Of a DNA stretch of 64,000 nucleotides, positions 12,391-25,818 are shown piece after piece. The stretch is from Octopus vulgaris (Eukaryota). The translations under genes were made by a program, and so were the position numbers. The stretch is from positions 66,154,001 through 66,218,000 of the forward strand of contig OX597832.1 in assembly GCA_951406725.2 (NCBI GenBank). Direction: 5' to 3'. Within the stretch, counting starts at the first letter, position 1. Each line of letters starts with the position of its first letter. Under the pieces are notes generated by a model that saw only the letters and a list, made by a program, of their open reading frames with translations, was not told the DNA's origin and searched no databases.

Positions 12391-12610
12391 AAAGGTGGTG
12401 AGCTGGCAGAATCGTTAGAACGCCAGGCTAAAAGGTTAGCGGTATTTCGTTCGTCTTCACCTTCTAAGTTTAAATTCCGCTGCGGTCACCTTTACCTTTC
12501 ATCCTTACAGTGACGATAAATGAACCCTCAGTTAATGTCGATGTTTATGTAATCGACTGACTCTCACCCTCGAAATTGCTGACCTCTTGTACCAAAATTT
12601 GAAGCCAATA
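12391..12610 (+). mobile_element. SINE family A
   Basis: AAGGTGGTGAGCTGGCAGAATCGTTAG...CTTTACCTTTCATCCTT...GATAAA...GTAATCGACT...GTACCAAAATTTGAA. Confidence 0.8.
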
Positions 12611-13729
12611 GTAGTGGACTTTGGGCTAAAAGAAACCTCGAGAACATTTATTAAATTTAACATTATTATAAGTTAAATTTAAGCAGAACATTTTAACAAA
12701 ACTTAGCTGGTGTATGATAATTATATTACTCCTGATCTCTCTTTGTTGTGATTTCTTACGACCTCTTTTTCTTTCCTTCTTAATGTCTTTGTCAGTCTAA
12801 TCAGGATTCATTGTTCATTCGTAAACAATGAGATAAGCTGTTTGCAAAAAGAATGTTGCCATGTTTAGAAATTAGTGAGATATAATCATTGCCCAGGTGT
12901 GGAAATGGAACGCATAAAAATAAATTTAATTGTTAATTTGATTCGTTTTATTTCATTGTCTTGCCGTTATTTGTCCTCCGTTTGGATTTTGTGTAAATTA
13001 GTAAAAGAAAATCTCTCATACAGAATAAAAGTCATTTGTAGACAGATGCAGATTTCTCATGTTCAGCACGTTGTTTTTTTGTTTTTTTTTTTACTTTACC
13101 CACCAAAGATGTTATTTTATTCTGAAGAGAAAAAGTAATAATTAATTTGATGCAAATACATTAGATTAATGATATATTTAACAAATTAATTCATTGAATA
13201 ATGTACGTGAGATTTTTTGTGCAGTGTTCCTATCTTAATTCACCCAGCTGTTTTATAAAGTTTAAATTCCCGTCCAGTTCTATAATTCTTTCTAACCCAG
13301 AAATTATTCTTCGAGGAGGGGATAAGTCAATTGCATCCTCCTCGGTGTTTGACCACTGCTTATTCTATCGACTCAGAGAGGATGAAAGCGAAGCTAACCT
13401 TCGTGGTGGGATTTGAACTCAGTATGCAAAATCTAAAAGCAATACTGCAAAATATTGTGCTTCTCCCGATCTTATGTTTCTGACATCTCACCACCTTCTC
13501 TCCGCTTTTTATGAGACCGGAAAAGAACTTTTGTTGCATTCCCTGACGGGAAAGAAACAAAGGTTTCTTAGGACTTAACTGAGATATTTAATCAGCCTCT
13601 TGTGCCACTTTACTATTAATAACCTCATTCCATCAGCTAGGCCTCTCTCGGCGTAAAATTTTCAGGTTTCAGAGTAAAGAAGTACCCAATATCATTTTTA
13701 CTATTTTTCACAATTAGTAAATAGTTTTC

Positions 13730-14240
13730 CCCTTTGCATAATGCTAAAACTATCTGTAAAGATGATAGTCAGATGAACCAAGGTCTGAAGAATAAATGTT
13801 ATAGGGCAAAGCTTCCATATTTACTGCCATAATCATTTCCTCAGTGGGTTGGCCGATATTTGGTCATGCATTATCGTATAATTCAATCTTTTCGTCGACA
13901 ATATTTCTGAGCGTTAACTGTTTTGTTCTGTGTTTGCACATGATAGTAGATACAATCGTTGATATCCAACCAAACACAGAGCATAATTCATTTTAGACGT
14001 CTTCCTGGATCGGAGATGGACTCGTTGGATATAATTTGATGATATAATTAACTTGGGATGATTCCGCATAGGAAAGGTTCGGTAGTAAGTCTGCTTTTCA
14101 ATAACAAGCATAATATAATTCTCTGATGAAGCTGAGAAGCAGTCAGATATAAATGGCGCCACTGACCGAGTTTTATATATTTCCTTGTTCCTGAAGTATA
14201 TTTGTAATTTCGGTGTCATATGAATTGAACTGCTCCGAAT
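13730..14240 (-). mobile_element. Decayed mariner transposase fragment
   Basis: Minus frames give EQFNS..TNIL.EQG, KLGQW..LTASQLHQRIILC..SR..EPFLCGII, IMLCVWLDI, TVNAQKYC, DNA*P, and YSSDLGSSDYHL (the mariner YSPDLAPSDYHL motif). Confidence 0.8.
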
Positions 14241-15477
14241 TCCCAAACCAACCAAAACTGGACAAAACACCATAGGCAAGTTCTAAAATTAAAGCTTCAT
14301 ATCTGTAAAAGAAAACAAATATTTCTTGTTGCATCAGTTTCGGAAGAGCTCTTTTGAAATCATAAAGTATGCAGTGTCAGATATTGCTAAATGCACTTTA
14401 AGAAAGTAAATTGCATTTTAAAAGAGTAAAATCGAATTCAACACCCTGGTAGAAATAAATCTACAAAGAAAGACCATCAGAATGTAAATACGCATACTTA
14501 TTTTATCGTAACAACTGGCAACGTGATAATGTCAAAAACTATGACTGGGCTTTCTTTCCTCCTATATGACTATACAAATATTCGTTGATCTTTGGATTGT
14601 GCACCGTTCACTCTAAAGAATATTGTGTCAACGTTATTTACCACTGAATATATGAGTTACAATTAGAAACTAGATAGTAAGTTAATTTTTTGGTTGCATT
14701 GTCTTTAGCCTGAAGACTTGCAATAATTTATTTCTAATCGTCCACTGCAGAACTGGTTCGAATGTTAACACTTGAAAACAACCAATGGCCAGATGTTAGA
14801 AATTAACAGATTTAGAATATGATACTACCTACGAAGAATAACTACTAGATATGAAAGACGTGCACATGTTGACGAATGGAAGGTATGGAAAGGAATTCAG
14901 TATTGTCTTAAATAATTAATTTTCGTAAAATGTTCTCTGAGAATTGCAAATATAAAAGAGGCCAAAATTTCATACAAACAATGATTTAATAAAATAAATG
15001 AATAAATAAAGTTATTGATCCCTTTAGCAGTAATGGTTGTTTACGGTAGACGTGTTTTACACGAATTAAGACTGACCTAGATAGTTTTCGTATTAGATGC
15101 ATATTCTGTAAGTGAGAGCTACTAATGAATTCTGGTCTTACATATTGTTCACTGCTGCAAATTTATACTAACTTTCAAAACTAATGGTAGGCCTCACTTT
15201 TGCAGACAAAGGGAATATATTGCTCATTTGAAATTTCTATGACAACGCGCAAGACGTATAGATTTCCTATCCTATGTAAGCTGTATATAGGTGTATGCAG
15301 GTGCGCACGCATCTCTATTATGCGTGTTTGTTTATATATAATAGATACATCTATACATGTATTCATAAAAACGTATGTATATATTATGTGAGTGTGTGTG
15401 TGTCTGTTTGTGTATGGCTGTTTGTCTGTGTATACCTATACATATATACATGTGCATATAAATATGTATGTATATTC

Positions 15478-15524
<47 letters not shown>

Positions 15525-16211
15525 TCTACAATACTCTTTCTCTGTATGTATGCATGTATATATATGTATATTATATATACATATGCATCTTTGTGTATGT
15601 ATGTCTAGTATGACTGTTTGTGTGTGTGACTGTGTAGGGCTATATGGGGGTATGTGCGGCAATGTGATCGTGTTTAAAATTCTAATTGCATTTTGTTTAT
15701 ATACACATATATACACCACACATGAATACATAGAAAACACAATTGCAAGCAAGTGTTGTCGTCTATTTAAGTGTAAACAAATTCAATTTTAAGCAGGAAC
15801 TCTATTTAAATTCCTAATTAAATATCGCAAATTAAAATATATTGACATCTGCAACAATATTTCCTGTGATCCGTCTCTGACTTATGAAATGTGGCCGGTC
15901 TTTCCATTTCTAATTGCTTTTTTCACTTTCGATTAACATTTGACTAAGTCTCATTTGCATATTAGCTGTGTATGTGTATAACATCATGAGGCCTTGCAGT
16001 AGCTTAACGAATAACCGGTTTGAAATAACGATTCGTTTGGCTTTTATTTTGTCACACATATTTCGTTCCATCGGACGAAGAGAAATCTGTTAACCTTCCA
16101 AAAATTCTTGTCCATTTACTTGGAAATAGGGGTACCACATACTGCGGAACAAAATCCTAATACACAGTGATGCGCTATTTCCGAACATTTTATCAATCAC
16201 ATTTTTAAATC

Positions 16212-16362
16212 TTTAGACTGTAGCCATGCTGGGGCACTGCATGGAAAGATTTAGTGGAAAAAATCGACCACAGAACTTGAATTTTAATCTGGATCTTATT
16301 CTATTGTTACTTTGGCCAAACCGCTATGTTATAGGGAGTAAACAAACGTAGTCAAGCGATAC
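16212..16362 (-). mobile_element. SINE family B, 3' part
   Basis: GACTGTAGCCATGCTGGGGCAC..AAATCGACC.CAG.ACTT..CCGCTA.GTTA..GG..GTAAAC, as in 17085-17260. Confidence 0.6.
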
Positions 16363-17084
16363 TTGTGAATGCAAGTTCTTTTAGATTCTATAGATATTGG
16401 TCTGTATGATTTGCGTTTTCTCCTAAGTCACATTTAATTAACTAGTTCCGTTCTTCAAGCCATATTCTGGGTGTTATTTTCAGATATTTATGTTTGTGTT
16501 GTTTCAACATTCCAATCAGAGAATTATTGCTATACCTTGAGTTTCCCGCGTATAGAGATTTGCCTTCTTATCCTTTATTGTTTTTAGGAATTATATTTGG
16601 AGAATTAACTTTGATATCGCTCAGTATGTTTCTCGATATATCCTTGAAAATTAATAAACTTGTCCTTGTGTCAGTTTCATTGTGCTGTCTGTATGTGTGT
16701 ATATTTGTGTGTGTGTGTGTGTTTGTGGATGTGTGTGTGTACATATATGTGTGCATGTGTGCGTGCGTGTGTTTGTATTGTGTTAGGATTTCTTTACGCA
16801 TGTTTTCAAATACTGCAATAGTTTTGCTGCATACAGGCTTTTAGAATTAAATAGTAATAAAATCATAAGAATGCACGAAAATAGAATTTCAGAATATATT
16901 TTAAAGGTAGATAATTAGGTATGCCATCATCACACGTAGTCAGTTCGATCAGCTTCCATAAAGTTTTCCTCTCAGTTTCAATCAGAGACAATCTGTTTAT
17001 GCACAGTTCAATAACACCAATAAACAATAGAAGTGTCATTTTATTTCGAGCCATGTCTGTATAAATGCAGCGTAAAAGCTATTA

Positions 17085-17260
17085 TTTTACTTGTTTCAGC
17101 AATTTGACTGCGGCCATCCTGTATCACCGCCTTTAGTCGAGCAAATCAACCCCAGTACTTATTGTTTGTAATCCTAGTACTCATTATATCGGTCTCTTTT
17201 CCCGAAACGCTAGGTTACGGGGAGGTAAACACACCAGCATCAGTTGTCAAAGGATGGGGG
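17085..17260 (-). mobile_element. SINE family B, 3' part
   Basis: TTTTACTTGTTTCAG..TGACTGCGGCCAT..AAATC.ACCCCAG.ACTTA..CGCTAGGTTACGGGGA.GTAAACACACCAGCATC. Confidence 0.7.
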
Positions 17261-17371
17261 GATGCAAACATGCACACACAAACACACACACACATACACA
17301 CACAGACACACAGATACACACACACACACACATACATATATATGTATGTTTTCCATACATATATATATATA

Positions 17372-17539
17372 TAACTTCCCTTCTCTGGATCTTACCTTTT
17401 CCTATGTTTCTGACGAAGACCTCCGCTCGAAACGTAAAACCCTCCTTCTTCCCTTCCTTCCTGAGCGTCCAATAATACTATATTTGTACCACGTCCTCGC
17501 ATTGTTGTGTTTTCTCTTTGTGTTTTCATGTTTGGATTA

Positions 17540-17545
<6 letters not shown>
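17372..17545 (+). mobile_element. Short (TA)n-flanked repeat with minimal hammerhead
   Basis: Bounded by TA runs on both sides. It contains the motif at 17406-17440 and interrupts a family B SINE whose parts lie at 17085-17260 and 17592-17746. Confidence 0.65.
17406..17440 (+). ncRNA. Minimal type I hammerhead-like motif
   Basis: GUUU-CUGACGA-A-GACC UCC GCUC-GAAA-CG-UA^AAAC. Core intact, GUA triplet, one stem II mismatch. Confidence 0.6.
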
Positions 17546-17591
<46 letters not shown>

Positions 17592-17593
<2 letters not shown>

Positions 17594-17746
17594 ACGGGCT
17601 TCTTTCAGATTACATCAACTAAATCCACTTACAAGGCTTTGGTCGGCCCGCAGCTATAATAGAAGACATTCGCCCAAGGTGCCACGCAGTAAAACTGAAC
17701 TCGGAACCATGTAGTTGGTTAGTTACCACACATTCACTCCTGCGCA
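17592..17746 (-). mobile_element. SINE family B, 5' part
   Basis: GACGGGCTTCTTTCAG..AAATCCACT.ACAAGGCTTTGGTCGGCCCG..CCCAAGGTGCCACGCAGT..ACTGAAC.CGGAACCATGT..ACTCCTGCGC. Confidence 0.85.
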
Positions 17747-18851
17747 TCTTATATATTCTGATAGAATATATAAAAGATAGAGATATTCTGTTGAGTGAAT
17801 GGAGTAAAATAACTGAGATCACAGAATACATCCTTATCTTCCTCGGAGAAAAATTAAGAAAAATGCTTGGTGTGTGATAATTAATACGACATAAGCAATG
17901 AAGAAACAAACCTGAAAGCATCCAAATACTTGAAACAAAAAATATCCGCTTTTAAATATTAGATAAAAGAGGTATGTCGTTGGAGATAAGCGGATCTCTT
18001 AAAGCAGTGCTTTTGAATACCACATCACTGCGATATTATCAATGTTGAGATGATATTATCGCAGGGTAATTTTAATCCTTCTTAGAAAAATTTTCTTTCA
18101 ATATCATTGCAAAATAGAACAACGTATATGTGAGATCAATGCGAATATTGGAATCTAGATTTTAAATTCTCTGCGTATATTATAAAGCTGCTTTCACAAG
18201 GTATTCATGAATGCATGAATGAACTCATGCTGATTACCTTTATCACTTAATCCTAAATAATGGATGAGCTTCATAGTAAACTAATGTATAGCAAGCCGAT
18301 ATTTCAACGTAGTGATGTATTTATTGATATTTAGAATTCAAAGGTCTTCGCATACAGACCTGTAAAAATGTAAATCCTGTTGAAACAAAGCGAACATCTT
18401 TTAAAGGAGGATCTTATAGCCGTTGCACTGTTGGGTTGTATTAACAGCCGCCGATTCTCTTGCAAATCACTTTCCACCGTCAAACATGAAGACTGACGCC
18501 TTACATAGCTTAGAGCGACATTAAAATCGGTCGGTCACGGTCATAATGGCCTTGGTCAAAATTTCACCCAAAGGAAGATGATAAACTGCTAGATAATAAA
18601 AGAGACAGTTTCGGTTTCGTTGACTCTTGTTCTGCTGTGGTAAGCGGAAATGAGGCTAAAAACATTTCCACATAAAATACTGATGTGCTATGACACAATT
18701 CGATGTAGCATGGAAACTGAGATAAAAAAAACAGAAACTTTTCACCTGCAAATACCCACGAGTGGATATAACAATGTTGTTTAAACAAGATCATCCACAA
18801 CAATAACAACAACAACAGCATCGACAACAACAATAATAATTGTTTCTACTA

Positions 18852-19390
18852 TAGGCACAATGAAAGATGTAAAGTAAAGGTGACCTCGACAGCCTTTGAA
18901 CAGTGAATACAGAGAGCGATATTGAATGCGGATAATATTTTGTCCTACATGCTAACATTTCCAAGTCAGCGTCTCGGAAATAATAATTCTTTCTAATGGA
19001 GGTAGCAGTATTGATATTTTGTGATTATGCTGGTCTAGTCTGTTTTATGTTATCGTCACCGAAAGATAAAAGGACATCTTGATGGTATTTAAACTCACAA
19101 TATAAAAATCAGGAAGAAATGCCACAGAGCATGTTACCCGACGCGGTAGCGGTACTGTTAGTTTGCCGTCTTGGAATAATAATTTCAGTTTTGGCACAAG
19201 GCTAGTAAATTTTTAAAGGTTATTGCTCGTCGTTTATCTCAATTATTGTGCTCAACTGGTTCCTAATTGATCAATCGCAAAACAATGAAAGTTAAAGTGA
19301 ATCCCAGTGAAATTTGAATCCAGACTGTAGTAACTCGGAACAAATACGATAAAATATTGTCTTTCACGCTCTTACAGTTTTGCCAGCTCA
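18852..19390 (-). mobile_element. Cluster of three diverged, same-orientation SINE family A copies
   Basis: Repeated GGCACAA / TGAAAG..AAAGT / TTGAA..CAG / TGCCAGCTC motifs at about 18852, 18995 and 19190. Confidence 0.55.
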
Positions 19391-21544
19391 CATCTCTGGA
19401 CGTGATTCCCACAAGTCCAACTTGAAATTCGGGAAGGTCTTTTAAAATATATATCTTATATATTTTATGAGACGGTTCCTTTAGTCAGATTGATACAGTC
19501 ATAATTAGAAATGCTTGTATAAATAAGAATATAGTAGCCAGATGATCTAGGGACAATAGAAGAACGAAAATGGACAGACGATAACTGTCTACGCTGTGCA
19601 AAGCTAGTTTCAATCCAATTATTTACCGTAGCATCAACGCCTAATATGATGAATATACATACACAGAGACAAATCGGAGACCAAAATATAAAAATATCTA
19701 CTCTACGAATCATAATACAATAAATAATATCGATATATTTTCATTGTTCGTGGCACTAAATTTATTTGGCGGAACTGTAAACATGAAAACTATCGCAGTG
19801 ATGATAATAGATTTAACAGCATTAATTTCATCGATGAGAATAGCAACAAGTGTATAGGTATTATTACTGCTGCCCAGGCAGTATCTTTAGTAGCTGCAGA
19901 ACTAACGAATTAGGCAATACCCCATAGCGGTTGAACACGTAGCCATCGACATACATATCAGGACCTTCATATAAGAGCAGCTGCAAGCTAAATAACTCGC
20001 ATGTGTTCTGGGCTTGCGATTAGATTTTATCAGCGACGTAGAATGACAGATGACGAATCACAAATTTAAGAAACTCAATTGAATTACTCACTTATATAAT
20101 TCCCACATACTTGAAAACTCAAAACATTAGATTAGTTGGGATTAAATAAACAATGTGCTATTACGCGAGGAGATAATAATGTTGAATATGTAGTTAGAAG
20201 AGTAAATTCAAGTATAAAAGCGATATTCTACTTTGTGAAGAAAGTAAAATAAATAAGATCACATTACATGCTCATTCTTAGAAAATATAAACATAAAAAT
20301 TATATACAACCGCATGGTAATTAAAACAGCATGGACGATGAAGAAACAAACTGCAAATATTCAAATACTTAACGCAAAAGATATTCGCATTAAAAACTAG
20401 ATAAAAATTGTAAGTCATTGTACATAAACGGATCTCTAAGAACAATGCTTTTAAATACAAACTGCGAAGCTATTTTAAAATAATGCTACGTAACATTTTT
20501 AATCTGTTCCGTACAGAAACTTTGGAAACATTTTGGAAACCCATTTTTCAACATGAAGTTAAATACAACAAAAATACATCGTAAGGTATTGTAAAAATAC
20601 CTGCCAAAAGTACGAAAATATTTCGTTTGACTCTTCCTTCAAGCAACTTCGGAAACCGGAAAAATTCTGGTATTAAGAACACGCAAACTTTTGGTGACCG
20701 GCGTTCAAATCACTGCTCTGGTGTCAAATTGATGTGCTCAAAATCTTGGTAAATGATCTACAAGAGCAGGTAATATATGTCTTCCCTCTACCTATCACTC
20801 CGTTACTTGTCTGTTGCATAATCTTTAAAATATTCTCCGTATACAACGTGAAAGCCTAACCAAAGTAGATATAATGCCCGTAGAGACCAATCGATCAGCT
20901 CTTTGTTATCATATATTGCTATAGGGATGCAAATGTAGTAGGATAACCGTAACAAAATCCTGTTAGGATATCGTTTTAAACCTTCCAGTGAATTCATTTG
21001 AACTACAGCCGAATTATCCTTTTCAACGGCACAAATACAATGAACTCAAACCCGAAAGTCTACATGCTCTAATGATCCAGGGAAACAGCCATTTTGTCTT
21101 TGTTTTATCTTATGATTGTAACCATTAATTCGGCTATAAAAAAAACAGTTTCGGATAATACATAGGGAACGGAAGATAATGTTTGTTCAGCATATTTCCA
21201 TAGGCGAAGTAAAAGTCTCTGCCCGAAACGGCATTCAATTTGAGCGTCTCCTTATGTTCATTAAAATATCCTCAGGACAAGAATAATAGGATACACTACA
21301 GACAAATCAAGACGGCGTGATTAGTGGACTATTTACCAATGTAAGGAGCTGAATCATTCGGCACCTTACATACGTTTGAGCATAGATGAAAGACAAATGA
21401 CATGTATGACAGGTTTTCGGAAGAACTAACAAACAGGGACAACGTAGGGTACATCTAATTAAGCAACCCTAGAAAGTGACTGGTATTTATGGTGGGTGCA
21501 AGGCAAAGTCAAATTTAGTTGGATTTAAAATGGGAAAACTGGTA

Positions 21545-21848
21545 CTCCGTCGGTTACTACAATGAGGGTTCCATTTGATCTGATCAACGAAACCACCCGC
21601 TCGAGAAATGAACGTACAAGTGGATGAGCACACCACAGACACGCATATCCTTTTTGTAGTTCTCAGGGAAATTCAGCGTGGCACAAAATGTAACAAGACT
21701 GGCCTTTTCTACTACAGGTACAACTCATTTTGCTGAGTGGACTGGAGCAACGTGAAATAAAGTGTCTTGGTCAAGGACAGAACACAGACGAGAAACGAAC
21801 TGACGACCTTACGATTGTCAGCCGAATACCAAAACCACTACGCCAAGT
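21545..21848 (-). mobile_element. tRNA-derived SINE, family D
   Basis: Minus strand gives TGGCGTAGTGGTT (A box), CAGTTCGTTTC (B-box-like) and GTCCTTGACCAAGACACTTTATTTCACGTTGCTCCAGTCCACTCAGC (conserved SINE central domain). Confidence 0.75.
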
Positions 21849-22078
21849 ACATTCACTAGAACAGGCAGGGCTCTAAGTAACGATTGCTTCGGTGCATTCA
21901 ATAACATTACATTCCTCTACCCGCCGCCTAAAATCCTGTGTGCTGTAGCGAAGCTGCTAATGTGATTGTAATAAAATGATACTATTGTAAAATTAAACTT
22001 GCAACACCATCCGAAATAAATTCCGATGCATCTACATAAAAATCAATACATACCACAAGTCTTACACCTGACAACTTT

Positions 22079-22292
22079 ACGAGGGATGCTGAAAAGTTCC
22101 TGGCTTTAAGGGCTTCGCAAAAGGCCTGGTTGAAGGCCCAATCTTCCGAGTTATTTTACAGGAATGGAAATAAACTGAAGAATCGCTGCAATAATTGCGT
22201 CAGTCTCAAAAAATATGTTGAATGGAATTATACTCAACTAATCCTCTTGTAATTTCTTTTACTCACAGCCAGGAACTTCTTAACATTCCTGC
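22079..22292 (+). mobile_element. Mariner-derived non-autonomous element (MITE-like)
   Basis: TIRs CGAGGGATGCTGAAAAGTTCCTGGCT and AGCCAGGAACTTCTTAACATTCCTG, preceded by TA. The interior retains a mariner C-terminal remnant (NKLKNRCNNCVSLK.YVE). Confidence 0.75.
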
Positions 22293-22740
22293 CTATATCT
22301 CTAGAAGAGAGTCTGCTCAGAGAATAAAGCTTTTCATGGATTAATTTTTGAAGAGATACCTTAATTCTTCATGTGCTATTTCCCAAACAAGAATTTATAT
22401 CACAAAACTTAGGTTTAAAATCTTGGCAAATGCAAAGGATCGAATTTCTTACACAAAATATATCAAGATTTTGAATGGTTAAAGTGTAAATCTAAGCTAC
22501 TGCAAAAGCCTTCTCATTTAAAAGAAAGAAAAAAATTGAACGTCCTTTTAACTGTAAACATATTTATTAAAATTTAATATGTTCGTTAACTTTGATTATC
22601 TCGATTAATACTAAATAATTCTATGTACGCTTCTATGGAAATGTCGTGATAATTTGACCGTTGTAACCTTCCGTGTACAGATGCGGATTCTCCTAGTTTG
22701 AACAAATTCTTTGCACCGGAAAGCTGACATTAGAAGTATT

Positions 22741-22742
22741 TA

Positions 22743-22827
<85 letters not shown>
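22741..22827. repeat. (ACT)n microsatellite
   Basis: Direct observation. Confidence 0.95.
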
Positions 22828-23981
22828 AGTTAAGGGAGCAATTGACAACGGTGCCAGCAACTCACAAGGATGCCAGTCTGGCTATCCCGTGGGGGACGCG
22901 CTTCTAGATTAACCATAGGACAAGCGATTTGGTGTACTGTTGTAGTTTAATTTTTTCTTACGTCTGACATACTTGTGCCACATTAAAATTATTAATATTG
23001 AAGCCTGTTATCTCTACCACTATTGTCAACTCCGACATTAATACAGTTACAGCGATATTAACCTTACCTTTACAGCATTCTTCACCGTTAGTTACCACCA
23101 ATAGTGCCTTCACCGTTGTATTCATGGCGACAATATATCCGTTATTTAGTCAAATCTGCCAGCTTTGCTCCTAGTACTTTGTGGTAATATTAAATGTTAA
23201 GTTTCAACTTTTGTCTTGTACCTGAGATAATCATAAATGCGTGTGGGTTGGGTTATAATAGGAGGAAGAGAAGCAGCTTGGTGAATTGATGGCCAGTCTG
23301 TAAATAGGTTCGATAGAGAGTAAGGAGGAGATTTTTATACCCTGGTCTTGGATAAATACTTCAACGAAGCGGGTGGCAAGAAAGTATTCTCACGACGTAA
23401 TACGAATACTGTTTCATGAGGTTCAACGGTCTCTGCCAACTGTCCACAGTCAATAGCTCACAATCGATTGCTTTTTGTGAACTCGACAGTTTTTATTTAT
23501 TTTATTAAAATGCATCAGTTCACTTTTAGTCACATTGGGTTGGTTAGTATCCTTCCACAATAGAAATCAGCAATGGGGTTTCGTAGTCCTGTGCGATCAG
23601 GAAACAAAAGAAGTGTCACACGCTTGCGATCAGCAAGGGTCAAACCTTTTATCTAACACCATGTTCAATGAGAACGCTGAGCTTGGGAAACCAACAACTC
23701 ATCTTGTTCTGTTTTACAGATAGAAAAAACATGATATATATATACTGATATTTACACCGTTGAAATATTATTTTCTCTATATAGGTTATGCTGTGTTTAA
23801 AATTTTCGTAATTCTGCAGTTTGTATATATCGGCAATTGCTTATCTCCTTCAAGTTTTACTAGTGTTGTTGCGATTAAAGGTATGCTTACATATTTTAGT
23901 AGTCAAGGAGAAGAGGTTAAATATTCTCAGAAAATTGTAAACGTGAAAGTTTTAAAATTTTCTAAAGATGATCATTTCTAG

Positions 23982-24077
23982 GAGCACTTGGAATGACCAA
24001 AAATTGAAGTTACAATTATATGAGAAAGATACCTGGATTAACAACGATGCAGGAAGTGCCACAAAATATCTTAACTG
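23982..24077 (+). CDS. Candidate isolated coding exon, C2-domain-like peptide
   Basis: TTTCTAG|G AGC ACT TGG...CTT AAC TG|GTACGT; 96 nt, phase 2-2. It encodes STWNDQKLKLQLYEKDTWINNDAGSATKYLN, resembling the C2 segment L-x-L-x-[VL]-[YW]-[DE]-x-D...D-x-G. No partner exons were confirmed. Confidence 0.4.
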
Positions 24078-24224
24078 GTACGTCATCCATATTGACAAGA
24101 GCATTATCTGTGTGCATTTTCTTTTCTTTTTTTTCATTTTTCTGTCTTTTTTTCATTTTTTTCTCTATCACAATACTTTGTAAATGAACAATCTTCTGTG
24201 TTTATTTTAATAGCCAAATATGGA

Positions 24225-24363
24225 ATAGTGTGAGGTTCTCTGCCCTAGGTGTGGAGAAGACACCCAGTAGAAATGGAAACAAAATTGAAAGATGGTGATA
24301 ATAATAACAAAGACAACAACAATATTAATAATAATAATACTAATAATAACAAACAATAACCAC

Positions 24364-24430
<67 letters not shown>

Positions 24431-24583
24431 TGAATTTATTTATTTTTTAATTTATAAATACATATTTTATCTGTGAATTTGCACGTGTAATCTGGGAATG
24501 CATACAATGCCCTTCTCTGCCCTAGGTGTTTGGAAAACACTCGGCAAGAAACGGAAGAACATTTGAAGAAAGAAGGAAAAAAC

Positions 24584-24640
<57 letters not shown>
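24225..24640 (+). mobile_element. Two short LINE 3'-end fragments, each followed by (TAA)n (probable R4/Dong type)
   Basis: TTCTCTGCCCTAGGTGT..GA..ACAC.C.G.A.GAAA.GGAA is duplicated at about 24236 and 24512, each ending in a TAA array. The inverted equivalent is at 56644-56695. Confidence 0.55.
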
Positions 24641-25680
24641 GTGATTTCAAAATTTACCACAGGGCCAAAAGTATTTTTGATGCGAAACGGAGCTCAGTGT
24701 GCAAAAGTGTAGTGGATTGATGAATTTTCTAAAAGCATCGAAAACTAAAATGTGCCAAGGAATATATATGCATGTTCAGATTTCAATCCGAGAAATCTCC
24801 CATTTTCATAACATTCTTCCCGTGTATCGGAAACCCGTGTGTATGATGCCTGTGTGTAAACATGTAGCAGTCATATTCTGGTGTCGATTTTAAATTTAAG
24901 ATACTGCACCTATGGCGGAAACAAAAGACACAGAAAACAAATATGTGCTCAAGTAATCGTATATTGCTTCAATCCACTAATAATTTGTATACAGGCTGCA
25001 ATTTTAATGGTTATATATTCACACTGAGTTGTTGATAAATGTATTCACTTCTTTAGCAAATCAGTGGTCAGAGGTAATTCATTTTGGGTGATCAGTCCAA
25101 TTGATTTCTTATGCGGTGAGAAATAGTCGATTATATAGATCCAGGTCGTGACTAGCACTTATTTCGACTGAGAAATAATGAAAGGATAATTCGATATCGG
25201 TGGAAATTAATAAGAGAAGAAAGGGCTCTAAGTCATTTTTCCAAGAGTTTTAACTTTCTGATAATAAATTGCATTACCAATCGATTAATAGATATGTGCG
25301 GCTCTTGCAGCACTCGTGGTAAGTAATTCATTCCTATTCTCAGAGAAAATATATCATTCAATCACATCTGAACCTAAATAATAAATGAATATAAAGATTT
25401 AAAAACAAATAGCGATATCATAACTCTATTATGCTGTTTCTATTGAGCAATGACCTCTGAAGAGGGTTAAAATATTTGCTGTTTTATTTTGTGTTTGGTT
25501 TTCTTTAAATACGTAGAGACTGCAAACATGCAATTCTGTATTAGAATTTTAAAAAAAGCAGGAAAAGTAATATAATGAATAAAATTACAAAATATTGCTG
25601 TGACATTTCATGAAACGTGATTACATGCAAATATCGAATATTGCTTGTGGTCGTTAAAACAATATATATAATATAATATG

Positions 25681-25740
<60 letters not shown>

Positions 25741-25750
25741 GTATATATAT

Positions 25751-25818
<68 letters not shown>

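Noticed and set aside
14173-14302. Apparent minus-strand terminal exon (TTTTCTTTTACAG|A TAT GAA...) encoding YEALILELAYG...QEQGNI*, phase-compatible with a donor at about 20805
   Set aside because: Its second half (EQFNS..TNILQEQG) is the HTH region of the decayed mariner that continues as KLGQW. The peptide has no recognisable host homology. Exonisation cannot be excluded without RNA data.
20803-21133. Minus-strand open frame behind a good acceptor with one in-frame TGA (possible readthrough or selenocysteine)
   Set aside because: No recognisable protein motif and no SECIS identified; a single stop in a random frame is the simpler explanation.
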